DNA of 64,000 nucleotides. Origin: Flavobacteriales bacterium. Lineage in GTDB: Bacteria > Bacteroidota > Bacteroidia > UBA10329. Under the pieces are notes generated by a model. That model saw only the letters and a program-made list of their open reading frames with translations, made no database searches and was not told the DNA's origin. Positions 1 to 9,634 of this stretch are shown piece by piece. Every line of letters starts with the position of its first letter. Position 1 is the first letter of the stretch. A program made the position numbers and the translations under genes. The DNA lies in the NCBI GenBank assembly GCA_020635495.1, contig JACJZQ010000004.1, positions 121,021 through 185,020 on the forward strand. The letters are read 5' to 3'.

Positions 1-321
1 GCCTTTATCCTGTATCAGTCGAATAACATTCGGTTGCGGGTAGACTTTAACGCCTTGCTTTTCCAACTCTTCCAGCGCATCCACATTCACGTGTTCGATC
101 TCGATTGTGACCACGTCCATGCCTTTTCCGAAGGCCAGAACAGTGTCGTAATCCTTGAAACTTCCATTGGTAAATGAATGCGAAATATCTCGGCAAGGTG
201 CATCTGGGTCTGGATCAAGTACGTGAACATCCACATCAATGTTAATCGTCTCCTGAATCATCATGCGGCCCAACTGTCCGCCTCCCAGTATTCCAAGTTT
301 GGTCTTCGGTCGGTAACTCAT
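1..321 (-). CDS. purK: N5-carboxyaminoimidazole ribonucleotide synthase PurK, N-terminal 107 codons; the gene runs off the left edge
   Basis: Reverse-complement translation from the ATG at 321-319 reads MSYRPKTKLGILGGGQLGRMMIQETINIDVDVHVLDPDPDAPCRDISH. This is a PurK-type ATP-grasp N-terminus with a GGGQLG loop. It is absent from the ORF track because it has no stop inside the window. Confidence 0.8.
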   Translation of the reverse strand, partial: MSYRPKTKLGILGGGQLGRMMIQETINIDVDVHVLDPDPDAPCRDISHSFTNGSFKDYDTVLAFGKGMDVVTIEIEHVNVDALEELEKQGVKVYPQPNVIRLIQDKG

Positions 322-419
322 GCCGCAAAAGTAAGACCTAAAAAGGTGTTGATTAAACGTCTTCGCTGGGTCAAATTCCACAACCAATTTCAGCTACATT
401 CGAACACAAATCGACATTC

Positions 420-1598
420 ATGAGAACGATACTTCTTTTAGCAGGGTTTCTACTGATTAACATTGTTGGATTGGCGCAGACAAAGTGGGTTGAATCTACT
501 TGGCAAGACGCTTTCGCCCAGGCACAGAAAGAGAACAAATACCTTTTTATTGACTGCTACACCGATTGGTGCGGTTGGTGTAAAGTGGCGGATAAGAACA
601 CCTTTCCAGCCAAGGATGTGGCCGCAGTTCTGAATGAGAATTTCATTTCAGTAAAAGTGGACATGGAGCGTGGGGATGGCGTTGCGCTGGGTGCGAAATA
701 CCGTGTGCTCGGTTATCCGAGTTATTTGATGTTCACGCCAGACGGAAAACTAGCTGGAAAAATGTTCGGATACAAAGAGAATCCAAGTGATTTTGCCGCA
801 GAGGTGAAAGCTGTTCTTGACGAGGCCAACCAACCAAATTACCCTTCAAAGCTTACAGACAAAGTTGATTTTCCTGATTTCTATGTGAACTCGTTCACAA
901 ACAAGGACAAGGAAGAAAAGCGTCAGAACCCAGAAGAAGATGAAGTTGAAAAGTGGCTTTCTGCTCAGAAAGACCTGATGAGCGAAGCAGCATGGTCGGT
1001 GATGTACAAGTTTCCTGTCTCTGAAAAATACACAGAGCAATTCTTGAAGAATCGAAAAGCATACGGTGATCTATATGGAAAAGTGGAAGCGGATGAGAAG
1101 GTTTCCGGAATTGCTTTCGGCATGCTTCAGAAAGCGATGAAAAGTCAGGATGAGGCCGACCTTCAGAAGGTTCTGGATTTTGCAGACAAGTACATTGATG
1201 ATGAGTTGGAAGCTTCAAAATCCATGTATCAGTTAAAGTTCTGTGAAGGAAAAGGAGATTGGAGTGGCTACGCGGAATGTGTTGAGAAACTCATTGATTT
1301 CTACGGATTTGAGAATTTCCTTGGAGGAATCAACAACTACAGTTGGACGATTTATCTGAGTGTTGACAACAAAGATGTTCTGGAAAAGGCCATCGGTTGG
1401 ATGAAACGTGTAGTGGAGTTGGATCCGCAATACATGTACCTCGATACGTATGCCGCGTTGCAGTTCAAATCAGGTGATTATGATGCTGCCTTGCAGTGGG
1501 CTGACAAAGCCATTGAAGTGGGAAAAGCAGCTGGAGAAAAAGTGGAGGACACCGAAGAATTACGTGATCAGATCAAAGCGGCAAAAGAAGGTAAGTGA
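420..1598 (+). CDS. Secreted thioredoxin-fold protein with a helical/TPR-like C-terminal half
   Basis: Signal peptide MRTILLLAGFLLINIVGLAQ. CxxC redox motif in DCYTDWCGWCK. The C-terminal part is helical-repeat-like (YDAALQWADKAIEVGK). Confidence 0.7.
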   Translation: MRTILLLAGFLLINIVGLAQTKWVESTWQDAFAQAQKENKYLFIDCYTDWCGWCKVADKNTFPAKDVAAVLNENFISVKVDMERGDGVALGAKYRVLGYPSYLMFTPDGKLAGKMFGYKENPSDFAAEVKAVLDEANQPNYPSKLTDKVDFPDFYVNSFTNKDKEEKRQNPEEDEVEKWLSAQKDLMSEAAWSVMYKFPVSEKYTEQFLKNRKAYGDLYGKVEADEKVSGIAFGMLQKAMKSQDEADLQKVLDFADKYIDDELEASKSMYQLKFCEGKGDWSGYAECVEKLIDFYGFENFLGGINNYSWTIYLSVDNKDVLEKAIGWMKRVVELDPQYMYLDTYAALQFKSGDYDAALQWADKAIEVGKAAGEKVEDTEELRDQIKAAKEGK

Positions 1599-1616
1599 GC
1601 GCTTGCGCTTGTTTCC

Positions 1617-1624
1617 TAAATTTG
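1617..1624 (+). promoter_or_regulatory. Candidate Bacteroidota sigma-A -7 box (TAAATTTG) upstream of hpt
   Basis: Perfect TAnnTTTG match followed by C, 13 nt before the hpt ATG. The same TTTGC context is seen at 24131, 28459, 34677 and 52414. Confidence 0.4.
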
Positions 1625-1637
1625 CACGCCTCATTTC

Positions 1638-2180
1638 ATGGCAGAATCAGTAAAACTTCACGAGTTAGAGTTCGTTCCATATTTGGAGCAGTCCGAGTTG
1701 CAACAGATTGTCAGTAAGCTCGCTGCTCGTATCAATTCAGATTATCGGGGCAAATGCCCACTGTTTGTGGTTGTTTTGAATGGCGCATTCATGTTCGCCT
1801 CAGACCTTATCAAACAAATGGAAGGAGATGTTGAGGTGAGCTTTCTTCGTGTGAGTTCGTATAGAGGAACTGCCAGTACAGGAGAAGTAAAAGAGATGAT
1901 GCCAGTAGGAGTTGATGTTCGCGGACGTGAGGTGATCATCATTGAAGATATTGTGGATACAGGCAGAACCATGGGACGCATCAAGCAGAAGATGAAAGAT
2001 TCGGGGGCGCTATCTGTGAGTATCTGCACGCTACTTTTTAAACCAGATGCCTTTGAAGGCGACTATTTGGTCGACTTCATCGGGAAGGAAATACCAGACA
2101 GATTTGTGGTCGGTTACGGCTTAGATTATGATGGATTTGGCCGCAATCTGCCTGCATTGTATCAATTAAACCCAAAGTAA
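1638..2180 (+). CDS. hpt: Hypoxanthine phosphoribosyltransferase
   Basis: PRPP-binding motif VIIIEDIVDTGRT, 180 aa, typical Hpt length and C-terminal VGYGLDY motif. Confidence 0.9.
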   Translation: MAESVKLHELEFVPYLEQSELQQIVSKLAARINSDYRGKCPLFVVVLNGAFMFASDLIKQMEGDVEVSFLRVSSYRGTASTGEVKEMMPVGVDVRGREVIIIEDIVDTGRTMGRIKQKMKDSGALSVSICTLLFKPDAFEGDYLVDFIGKEIPDRFVVGYGLDYDGFGRNLPALYQLNPK

Positions 2181-2183
2181 AAC

Positions 2184-2753
2184 ATGTTGAATTTAGTGTT
2201 GTTCGGCCCTCCGGGAGCCGGAAAGGGAACCCAGTCAGAGAAACTTATCAGCCATTACGGATTGGTACACATTTCCACTGGAGATGTGTTCAGAGCGCTT
2301 GACCCGGAGTCTGACCTTGCCAAGTTGGCCAAGAGTTATTCCGATAAAGGAGACCTTGTGCCCGATGATGTAACCATCAAGATTCTTGAGAACGAGGTGC
2401 TGAAGCATCCTAACGCCAAGGGAGTTATTTATGATGGCTTCCCAAGAACCAATGCGCAGGCCGCGGCACTGGACAAGTTCCTTGCCGGAAAAGGAGATTC
2501 CATCTCGTTAATGGTAGCATTGGATGTTCCGGAAGAAGAACTGAAAACCCGACTGCTGAAAAGGGCGGAGGTTTCTGGTAGAGCAGACGATGCCGACCCT
2601 GAGATCATTGCCAATCGAATTGCCAATTATAATCGCCAAACAGCTCCAGTAGCTGAATTCTACAAGGCGCAAGGAAAGCTTCGTTTGGTTGATGGAATAG
2701 GCACAATTGACGAGATTTTCGGTCGCATTTGCGATGCCATAGACAAGGGATAA
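2184..2753 (+). CDS. adk: Adenylate kinase
   Basis: P-loop GPPGAGKGTQ, 189 aa short-LID type. Sits 3 nt after hpt. Confidence 0.92.
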   Translation: MLNLVLFGPPGAGKGTQSEKLISHYGLVHISTGDVFRALDPESDLAKLAKSYSDKGDLVPDDVTIKILENEVLKHPNAKGVIYDGFPRTNAQAAALDKFLAGKGDSISLMVALDVPEEELKTRLLKRAEVSGRADDADPEIIANRIANYNRQTAPVAEFYKAQGKLRLVDGIGTIDEIFGRICDAIDKG

Positions 2754-2774
2754 TCGAATAAAAAAACGCACTTG

Positions 2775-2809
2775 AAGGAGAACCATACCTTTGGTTCTCC
2801 TTTCTTTTT
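2775..2809 (+). terminator. Rho-independent terminator after adk
   Basis: An 11-bp stem, AAGGAGAACCA (2775-2785) with TGGTTCTCCTT (2792-2802), followed by TCTTTTTA. It ends 3 nt before the obg ATG. Confidence 0.6.
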
Positions 2810-2812
2810 ACC

Positions 2813-3802
2813 ATGAAAACCAATTTCATAGACCACGTAAAGATCTGCTGCAGAAGCGGCAAAGGAGGAGCGGGTTCAACGCACCTCTATCGTTCTAGGC
2901 TTAACCCCAAGGGAGGGCCAGATGGTGGAGATGGTGGCCGCGGTGGTCATGTGCTGATCAGAGGCAATAAACAGATGTGGACGCTGCTTCATTTGCGCTA
3001 TCAGAAACACATCATCGCAGGTCATGGTCAGAACGGTGGTAGGTCGGAAGCAACAGGAGCCAGTGGAAAAGACGAGTTGATTGAGGTTCCGTTAGGTACC
3101 GTTGTAAAAGATGCGGAAACCGAGGAAGTGCTTATGGAAATAACGGAAGATGGACAAGAAGTGATTCTAACCCGAGGAGGAAGAGGAGGTCGTGGAAATA
3201 CCCACTTCAAATCGTCTACCCATCAAACACCACGTTATGCGCAACCTGGTGAAGATGGGCTGGAAGAATGGAAAGTGCTTGAGCTGAAAGTTCTGGCGGA
3301 TGTGGGTCTGGTTGGATTTCCGAATGCGGGAAAATCAACTTTGCTCTCAGTTGTTTCTGCTGCCAAGCCAGAGATTGCCGATTATCCGTTTACTACGCTG
3401 GTACCCAATCTGGGAATTGTGAGTTATCGTAATCACAAGTCATTCATCATGGCCGATATTCCTGGAATCATTGAAGGAGCCCATGAGGGTAAAGGTCTTG
3501 GACATCGATTCTTGAGACATATTGAACGGAATTCGGTGTTGCTTTTCATGGTTCCGGCAGATGCCGATGATGTTGTAAAGCAATACGAGATACTGCTTAA
3601 CGAATTGGCCCAATACAACCCTGAGTTGTTGGACAAGGACCGCGTTCTTGCCGTTTCCAAATGCGATATGTTGGATGATGAGCTGAAAGCTGAGCTTGAT
3701 GCGAGTATTGATCTTGACATACCGGTTGTCTTCATTTCTTCCGTTGCACAGACCGGAATTCAAGAACTGAAAGACGTGCTCTGGAGCAAAATGCAGGCTT
3801 GA
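2813..3802 (+). CDS. obg: GTPase Obg/CgtA
   Basis: Glycine-rich Obg fold ([16 protein letters not shown]) followed by a G domain with GFPNAGKST and DIPG. Confidence 0.92.
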   Translation: MKTNFIDHVKICCRSGKGGAGSTHLYRSRLNPKGGPDGGDGGRGGHVLIRGNKQMWTLLHLRYQKHIIAGHGQNGGRSEATGASGKDELIEVPLGTVVKDAETEEVLMEITEDGQEVILTRGGRGGRGNTHFKSSTHQTPRYAQPGEDGLEEWKVLELKVLADVGLVGFPNAGKSTLLSVVSAAKPEIADYPFTTLVPNLGIVSYRNHKSFIMADIPGIIEGAHEGKGLGHRFLRHIERNSVLLFMVPADADDVVKQYEILLNELAQYNPELLDKDRVLAVSKCDMLDDELKAELDASIDLDIPVVFISSVAQTGIQELKDVLWSKMQA

Positions 3803-3878
3803 TCAATACCTGACAAACAGGCTGTTGACTAATTTTTTACCTTCAGCGGCTTAATCAAAAACCCTTAATCAATAAACG

Positions 3879-4955
3879 ATGAAAAAAATCTACTTAAGTC
3901 TTGCAGTTGCGTTGACTGGAACTGCAGCAATGGCTCAGGGCGTCTCTACTTTGGAGTTGACCTCTGCCGTTGGAAAAGAAATTGCTCCTGTTGAGCATTC
4001 TGTAGCATTGGATGCTACCGATACGCTTGGTCTTGACGACTTCGGTTCTCAGATCTTCCAGTACGGATCACCTTCTGGTTATGTATTCGGAGTTAATGCT
4101 CTTGATGGTGAAGTACAAGGTCAGCCTATTACACAGATAAACGTAGAGTATGCTGCTGGTTTCTTGGCCAATACGGAGTACAACGTTATCGGAGCCATGA
4201 TGTGGTTCGGTGGTAAAGCAGATGTTTCTGGAAACCCTGCAGACCTGAAGGTTAAGATGTACAACTTGGCAGATGATCGAGCTGTTTCTTCAGCAACTGT
4301 TCAACAGCCAGATGTTATTGGTCCAGATCAGATGCTTGCTTCTGTAAACCTTCCATTTGCAGATGTAGATACGGCATCTTTCAATACACCAACTTACGCT
4401 TTGTTCGCAAACCACGTTTGGACTGCGGGAGACTTCGCTCTTTCAGTTGATATTTCAGACCTGTATGGCGCACCTGCAGATACAGTTTGGTTGTACGCTA
4501 GCGAAGACGGAGCTTCTGACGGTTCTTACACTTGGACCAATGTTGACGCCATCTTCATGGGACAGCAGATTCCTGGCGGTTGGGCACTTACAACTGGGCT
4601 TCTTCAAGGAGGCTTGGATGTTAACCTTGGAATCTTTGCCATGGTTGACGAAAGCGGTGTTGGTATTGAGGAGCAAGGCTTCTTGAACGGTGTTAAAATG
4701 ACCACCTACCCTAATCCAGCTGTTTCTAGCGATGTGGTTCGTATTCAGTACGGATTGGAGAACCCAGCTGAGAAAGTTGAGATCAATGTTTTCGATATGA
4801 ACGGAAAATTGATGTTCTCTCAAGTTGAGGGAGACAGAGCTGCTGGAATCCACACTGTAGTGGTTCCTGCTGGAACACTAAGCGCTGGTTCTTACGTTTA
4901 CTCTTTGGAGGCGAACGGAGGAAGAATGGCTAAGCAACTTCAGATTCTGAAGTAA
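3879..4955 (+). CDS. Secreted hypothetical protein with a T9SS type-A C-terminal sorting domain
   Basis: Signal peptide MKKIYLSLAVALTGTAAMAQ. The C-terminal ~80 aa (TTYPNPAVSSDVVRIQY ... GSYVYSLEANGGRMAKQLQILK) has the Por_Secre_tail pattern. Confidence 0.7.
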   Translation: MKKIYLSLAVALTGTAAMAQGVSTLELTSAVGKEIAPVEHSVALDATDTLGLDDFGSQIFQYGSPSGYVFGVNALDGEVQGQPITQINVEYAAGFLANTEYNVIGAMMWFGGKADVSGNPADLKVKMYNLADDRAVSSATVQQPDVIGPDQMLASVNLPFADVDTASFNTPTYALFANHVWTAGDFALSVDISDLYGAPADTVWLYASEDGASDGSYTWTNVDAIFMGQQIPGGWALTTGLLQGGLDVNLGIFAMVDESGVGIEEQGFLNGVKMTTYPNPAVSSDVVRIQYGLENPAEKVEINVFDMNGKLMFSQVEGDRAAGIHTVVVPAGTLSAGSYVYSLEANGGRMAKQLQILK

Positions 4956-4976
4956 TTTTCAATCTGAATGAGATAG

Positions 4977-5006
4977 AAAAGGCGACCAATTGGTCGCCTT
5001 TTTTTA
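4977..5006. terminator. Bidirectional terminator between convergent genes
   Basis: AAAAGGCGACC-AATT-GGTCGCCTTTT hairpin with A-run and T-run flanks, located between 3879..4955(+) and 5011..5772(-). Confidence 0.8.
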
Positions 5007-5010
5007 TGCT

Positions 5011-5772
5011 TTATGATTTGGCAAGATCGGCCCTTACCCGCTTCATGAACTTGGAAGCGTAAACGAAATCAACCACCTCTTGATTGTCGGTTCTGAGAAT
5101 CTCTTCTTTCGAGCCTTCCCACCATTTTTCGCCTTTGTAAATGAACTGAATGTTCTCCCCGATCTCAATTACTGAGTTCATATCGTGCGTGATCACAATC
5201 GTGGTAATGTTGTACTCGTCCGTGATCTCTTTGATCAATTGATCAATGACCAATCCCGTCTTCGGGTCAAGGCCAGAGTTGGGCTCATCGCAAAAAAGAT
5301 AACGTGGATTGGTAGCAATGGCACGGGCAATAGCCACACGTTTTTTCATACCACCACTCAACTCTGAAGGAAACAACTTGGCCGCCTTCGGCAGGTTTAC
5401 CCTGTCTAAGCAGAACTGAGCTCTTTCGCGTCTTTCTGAAAGCGTTTGATCAGTGAACATGGAGAGTGGGAACATGATATTCTGTTCCACGGTCATAGAG
5501 TCGAACAAGGCCCCTCCTTGAAAAAGCATCCCTATATCCTTTCTCACCGTTTTCTTCTCCTTGAAGCTCATGGATGCAAAATCACGACCATCATATTGGA
5601 TCGTACCAGAATCCACATCAAACAGCCCGACCATACATTTGGTAAGTACCGTCTTTCCAGAACCGCTCTGACCAATAATGATATTCACCTGTCCCTGATG
5701 GAACTGTGCGTCAATGTTCTTCAGAACATGGTGGTCTCCAAAGCTTTTGTTGATGCCCTTGACCTCGATCAT
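5011..5772 (-). CDS. ABC transporter ATP-binding protein, MlaF-like
   Basis: Walker A GQSGSGKT, signature LSGGMKKRVAIARA, Walker B LFCDEP. It overlaps the upstream MlaE-like permease by 4 nt. Confidence 0.88.
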   Translation of the reverse strand: MIEVKGINKSFGDHHVLKNIDAQFHQGQVNIIIGQSGSGKTVLTKCMVGLFDVDSGTIQYDGRDFASMSFKEKKTVRKDIGMLFQGGALFDSMTVEQNIMFPLSMFTDQTLSERRERAQFCLDRVNLPKAAKLFPSELSGGMKKRVAIARAIATNPRYLFCDEPNSGLDPKTGLVIDQLIKEITDEYNITTIVITHDMNSVIEIGENIQFIYKGEKWWEGSKEEILRTDNQEVVDFVYASKFMKRVRADLAKS

Positions 5773-6509
5773 TGCAACAGCATTTGGGTAAGAATGAGGT
5801 TGAAAGTGAGCAGAACAACAATGCTGTAAACCACAGAAACGGTGCTTGCCCGTCCTACTTCAAGCGCTCCGCCAGATGCATGATATCCAAAGTATGCAGG
5901 TACCGTTGTGATGATAGCGGCAAAAAACACGGTCTTGATCAGCGCATATGTTATGTAGTAAGGCTGAAACGCGAACTGCAGCCCGTATATGAATGTATTT
6001 CCGGCAACTTCTCCGGTCAGAATCCCAGCTGCATAGCCTCCGAACATCCCAAGAATCATGCTCATAATGGCTATGAACGGATTGCAAAGCATGGCTGCGA
6101 TCATCTTAGGGCCAACCAAATAACCGGTTGAGTTTACACCCATGATATCAAGGGCATCAATCTGATCGGTTACGCGCATGGTGCCGATTTCGCTCGCAAT
6201 GCTAGAACCCACTTTACCAACAAGAATAATGCTGATGATGGTTGGCGAGAATTCAAGTATCAGCGAATCCCGAACTCCAAAACCGACTGTATACATTGGA
6301 ATGAGTGGGCTATCGATGTTGTAGGCCAACTGAATGGCAAGCACCGCGCCCATAAAGAGACTAACCAGTGCAACAAGCCCTATGGAATCATATCCGATGC
6401 TCTGAACCTCGTGAAATATCTGTCTACGATATACGCTCCACTTTTCGGGTTTTCGAAAAACGCGACTCATCCATAACACGTACCGCCCGATGTGAGTGAA
6501 CAAACCCAT
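5769..6509 (-). CDS. MlaE-family ABC transporter permease
   Basis: A 246-aa polytopic membrane protein, translationally coupled to the MlaF-like ATPase. The length and hydrophobic pattern are typical of MlaE/Ttg2B. Confidence 0.8.
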   Translation of the reverse strand: MGLFTHIGRYVLWMSRVFRKPEKWSVYRRQIFHEVQSIGYDSIGLVALVSLFMGAVLAIQLAYNIDSPLIPMYTVGFGVRDSLILEFSPTIISIILVGKVGSSIASEIGTMRVTDQIDALDIMGVNSTGYLVGPKMIAAMLCNPFIAIMSMILGMFGGYAAGILTGEVAGNTFIYGLQFAFQPYYITYALIKTVFFAAIITTVPAYFGYHASGGALEVGRASTVSVVYSIVVLLTFNLILTQMLLQ

Positions 6510-6543
6510 GAGATGCGGCTAAAATTAGGGAATCTTGACTTTG

Positions 6544-6554
6544 GGAATCATTCC
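6544..6554. promoter_or_regulatory. Palindrome GGAATCATTCC, a candidate metal-regulator (Fur-like) operator
   Basis: An 11-nt perfect palindrome in the divergent mlaE / small-lipoprotein region. Its core GAATCATTC recurs at 6810-6818 just upstream of feoA. Confidence 0.35.
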
Positions 6555-6557
6555 GAT

Positions 6558-6571
6558 GACAATTGATTGTC
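6558..6571. promoter_or_regulatory. Inverted repeat GACAAT-TG-ATTGTC
   Basis: A 6+6 inverted repeat 3 nt after the first palindrome and 26 nt upstream of the small lipoprotein ATG. Confidence 0.3.
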
Positions 6572-6596
6572 AACGGTTGCGTTACCTTTGTTAACA

Positions 6597-6755
6597 ATGA
6601 AACGGGCATCCTACATTTTTCTACTGGCCTTACTGGTTTTCGGACTGGCATCTTGCAGCACAAGAAGAGGTGGCAAGGGTAAAGGATGCGATTGTCCAGG
6701 ATTCGGTCATCTCCAAGAAGATACCGCCACTTCAAATACCACATTTAGGGTATAA
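6597..6755 (+). CDS. Small (52-aa) predicted lipoprotein with a GCDCPGFG motif
   Basis: From the ATG at 6597: MKRASYIFLLALLVFGLASC with lipobox LASC, then the basic stretch STRRGGKGKG and the Cys-x-Cys motif CDC. The ORF-track start at 6567 is a TTG inside the upstream inverted repeat. Confidence 0.45.
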   Translation: MKRASYIFLLALLVFGLASCSTRRGGKGKGCDCPGFGHLQEDTATSNTTFRV

Positions 6756-6808
6756 GTGACCTCGGTCTATTTTCAAATGTCTTTTCTCGCTATTTTCGAA
6801 CCTAGTTT

Positions 6809-6819
6809 AGAATCATTCT
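6809..6819. promoter_or_regulatory. Palindrome AGAATCATTCT immediately upstream of feoA
   Basis: An 11-nt perfect palindrome 6 nt before the feoA GTG start. It shares the 9-nt core GAATCATTC with 6545-6553. Confidence 0.35.
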
Positions 6820-6825
6820 TAACAG

Positions 6826-7053
6826 GTGACAGCAAAAGACCTTACTCTCGGACAACAGGCCATTGTGGCTTCCTTCTCAGATGAGAAGTTGGCTGGTTTT
6901 TTAGCCGCCCGAGGCGTTGTTGCGGGCGAGCGACTTACAGTGGAGCGAGTGGCTCCGTTGGGCGGTCCTATTGCAATCCGTGTGGCAGACCACCTTCTTT
7001 GCTTACGTAAACGCGAGGCTTCTTCAATCATAGTTCAGACGGAGGCCGTTTAA
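6826..7053 (+). CDS. feoA: Ferrous iron transport protein A (FeoA)
   Basis: A 75-aa SH3-like FeoA pattern (LTLGQQAIV ... GVVAGERLTVERVAPLGGPIAIRV) directly upstream of feoB. GTG start. Confidence 0.8.
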   Translation: MTAKDLTLGQQAIVASFSDEKLAGFLAARGVVAGERLTVERVAPLGGPIAIRVADHLLCLRKREASSIIVQTEAV

Positions 7054-7071
7054 GCAGACCCGAATTTTTTG

Positions 7072-8967
7072 ATGGGAATTGAAGAACGGAGGCTGAAAGT
7101 AGCGCTGGTTGGTAATCCTAACAGCGGTAAAACCTCGCTCTTCAATAAGCTTACCGGACTGCATCAGAAAGTGGGCAACTTTCCGGGAATAACGGTAGAG
7201 AAAAAATCGGGGCAATTTGAAGTTGAAAACCTGACGATAGATGTGGTGGACCTTCCTGGCACGTACAGTCTTCAACCACGGTCTATGGATGAGGAAGTTA
7301 CGGCAGATGCCATCAATGATCCACAGAATTCCGATCATCCCGACCTGGCCCTCATTGTAGTAGATGCTTCACACTTGAAAACCAGTTTATATCTGGCACT
7401 GCAGGTTTTACAGAAGCAGATTCCGGCCATTTTGGTAATGAACATGGCCGATCAGCTGACGCGTCTTTCACCCGATCTTGACATCGACTCATTGGAAACG
7501 CAGTTGGATGTTCCCATTATTAAAACCGTGGCCCGAGACGGTAACGGAATTTCGGAGCTGAAGCAAGCAATTGCTACTCATGCTTTAGTAAAACCAAAGG
7601 TTACCTGGGACACAACCACTGAAAAGCATGCTGTCATCAAGCAAATTCTTGGTAATGCAAAAGCAGATGGACCCGTGTTGGCTCATTCTGCCTCGCAGAA
7701 ATTGGACGATTACCTGACGCATCCAATACTAGGACTGGTCATATTCATTGGCATGATGGGGCTGGTCTTTCAGTCAATTTATTCATGGTCCGCTTACCCG
7801 ATGGAATGGATTGAACATCTATTCGCTACATCGTCTGCATGGTTTGCAGCCACGCTGCCAGAATCGTTCCTCACTCGCTTGTGGGTAGAAGGCATCTGGG
7901 CGGGACTTGGTGGCGTGGTCATTTTCATACCTCAGATTGCCATCTTGTTCTTTTTCGTCACCATGCTGGAAGAGACAGGTTACATGGCCCGTGTCAGTTT
8001 CATGTCAGACCGATGGCTACGGAAATTTGGCCTGCAAGGGAGGTCAATTGTACCATTGATAGGAGGTGTGGCCTGTGCCGTGCCTGCCATTCTTGCCGCG
8101 CGCACCATTCCCGATAGGAAAGAAAGATTGCTGACCATCATGGTTACACCGTTTATGAGTTGCTCAGCACGGTTGCCAGTGTATGCTTTGCTTATTGCGT
8201 TGGTCATACCTGCGGGTTATCAAGGCCTCACGCTTTTAGGTCTGTATCTGCTTGGTGTGTTGGCCGCTTTGGGAGCCGCTTTTGTGCTCAATAAAACCAT
8301 CCCAGATTCTGAAGAAAGCCACTTTCTGATGGAACTGCCAGATTATCGCGCACCAAAACTTTCCAATGTGTTGTTGGAGATCATGCGGAAGGTGAGTCAG
8401 TTCATAACCAATGCGGGTAAGATCATTGTTTTCGTGTCCATTCTTCTCTGGTTGGGAGCATCTTTCGGTCCGGGAGATCGGTTTGCTGAGATTGAGCAGA
8501 AATATGAGTCGATAACCGCGGAAAACAAGGAACAACTTAAGGAAACCGAGCTCCTCGAAAACTCTTACATCGGCATTCTTGGTAAAGGAATTGAACCCGT
8601 AATTAAGCCGCTTGGATACGATTGGAAGATCGGGATTGCACTCATCACTTCTTTTGCTGCACGCGAGGTTTTTGTCGGTACCATGGCCACGATCTACAGC
8701 GTAGGAGCAGCTGATGAGGATGTGATGTCAATTCGCGATAGAATGCAAGTTCAGACCAAGCCAAACTCCACCGAACCATTGTATGATCTGCCTTTCGGTT
8801 TGTCGTTGTTGGTTTTTTACGCTTTCGCGATGCAATGTATGAGCACGCTTGCGGTGGTAAAAACGGAAACAGGCTCTTGGAAATGGCCGATCATTCAATT
8901 CTTGATGATGACCGGTTTGGCCTATATCTGCAGTCTTGCGGTATATCAGCTTTCGGGTTTTCTTTGA
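7072..8967 (+). CDS. feoB: Ferrous iron transporter FeoB
   Basis: N-terminal G domain GNPNSGKTSLFN and DLPGTYS, followed by a polytopic membrane domain. The ATG at 7072 is preferred over the TTG at 7069. Confidence 0.92.
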   Translation: MGIEERRLKVALVGNPNSGKTSLFNKLTGLHQKVGNFPGITVEKKSGQFEVENLTIDVVDLPGTYSLQPRSMDEEVTADAINDPQNSDHPDLALIVVDASHLKTSLYLALQVLQKQIPAILVMNMADQLTRLSPDLDIDSLETQLDVPIIKTVARDGNGISELKQAIATHALVKPKVTWDTTTEKHAVIKQILGNAKADGPVLAHSASQKLDDYLTHPILGLVIFIGMMGLVFQSIYSWSAYPMEWIEHLFATSSAWFAATLPESFLTRLWVEGIWAGLGGVVIFIPQIAILFFFVTMLEETGYMARVSFMSDRWLRKFGLQGRSIVPLIGGVACAVPAILAARTIPDRKERLLTIMVTPFMSCSARLPVYALLIALVIPAGYQGLTLLGLYLLGVLAALGAAFVLNKTIPDSEESHFLMELPDYRAPKLSNVLLEIMRKVSQFITNAGKIIVFVSILLWLGASFGPGDRFAEIEQKYESITAENKEQLKETELLENSYIGILGKGIEPVIKPLGYDWKIGIALITSFAAREVFVGTMATIYSVGAADEDVMSIRDRMQVQTKPNSTEPLYDLPFGLSLLVFYAFAMQCMSTLAVVKTETGSWKWPIIQFLMMTGLAYICSLAVYQLSGFL

Positions 8968-8970
8968 TGC

Positions 8971-9582
8971 ATGAATCGCGAGGAGCGCATCATCAATGCC
9001 ATTCGACCGTTTGTTCCTAATGGAACGGCAGAACCTCTTGCTGCGCGAATTCTGAAGTACCGCTGCCAACTCACCATCACCCGAGACCGTAAAACCAAAG
9101 CGGGTGACTACCGGCATCCATGGGGAAATCACGGCCATCGCATTTCGGTCAATGGCTCATTGAATCAGTACGCTTTCCTTATCACGTTTGTGCATGAGCT
9201 GGCGCATCTGGTCAATTGGGAAAAGCACAGGAGCAAAGTATCGCCTCATGGTAAAGAGTGGAAACAGACTTTCAAAGAAGAAATGCAACCATTTTTGACC
9301 GAAAAGGTGTTTCCAAAAGATGTGCTTACCGTGCTGCAAACTCACATGAAAAACCCGAAATCGGCCACGGTGCGAGACCAGAAATTGGTGCGTGTACTTC
9401 GCGAGTATGACGAGCCCAACGGACATCTGCTTTTGGATGAGATTCCGCAAGGCGCAGAATTTGAATTCAGTAATCGGGTTTTTGTGAAAGGCGAAAAACT
9501 TCGGAAGCGCTTCCGTTGCGTTGAAAGCTCTACCGATAGGGTGTATCTTATAAGCGGTATTGCAGAGGTGAAATTGTGTTGA
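8971..9582 (+). CDS. SprT-like zinc metallopeptidase domain protein
   Basis: HExxH motif in FVHELAHLVNW within an SprT-like context, 203 aa. Sits 3 nt after feoB. Confidence 0.65.
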   Translation: MNREERIINAIRPFVPNGTAEPLAARILKYRCQLTITRDRKTKAGDYRHPWGNHGHRISVNGSLNQYAFLITFVHELAHLVNWEKHRSKVSPHGKEWKQTFKEEMQPFLTEKVFPKDVLTVLQTHMKNPKSATVRDQKLVRVLREYDEPNGHLLLDEIPQGAEFEFSNRVFVKGEKLRKRFRCVESSTDRVYLISGIAEVKLC

Positions 9583-9634
9583 TCCAAGCCCGATCTTGAA
9601 ATAGTTATCTTCGCGTCCCTTTTCACAATCACTT

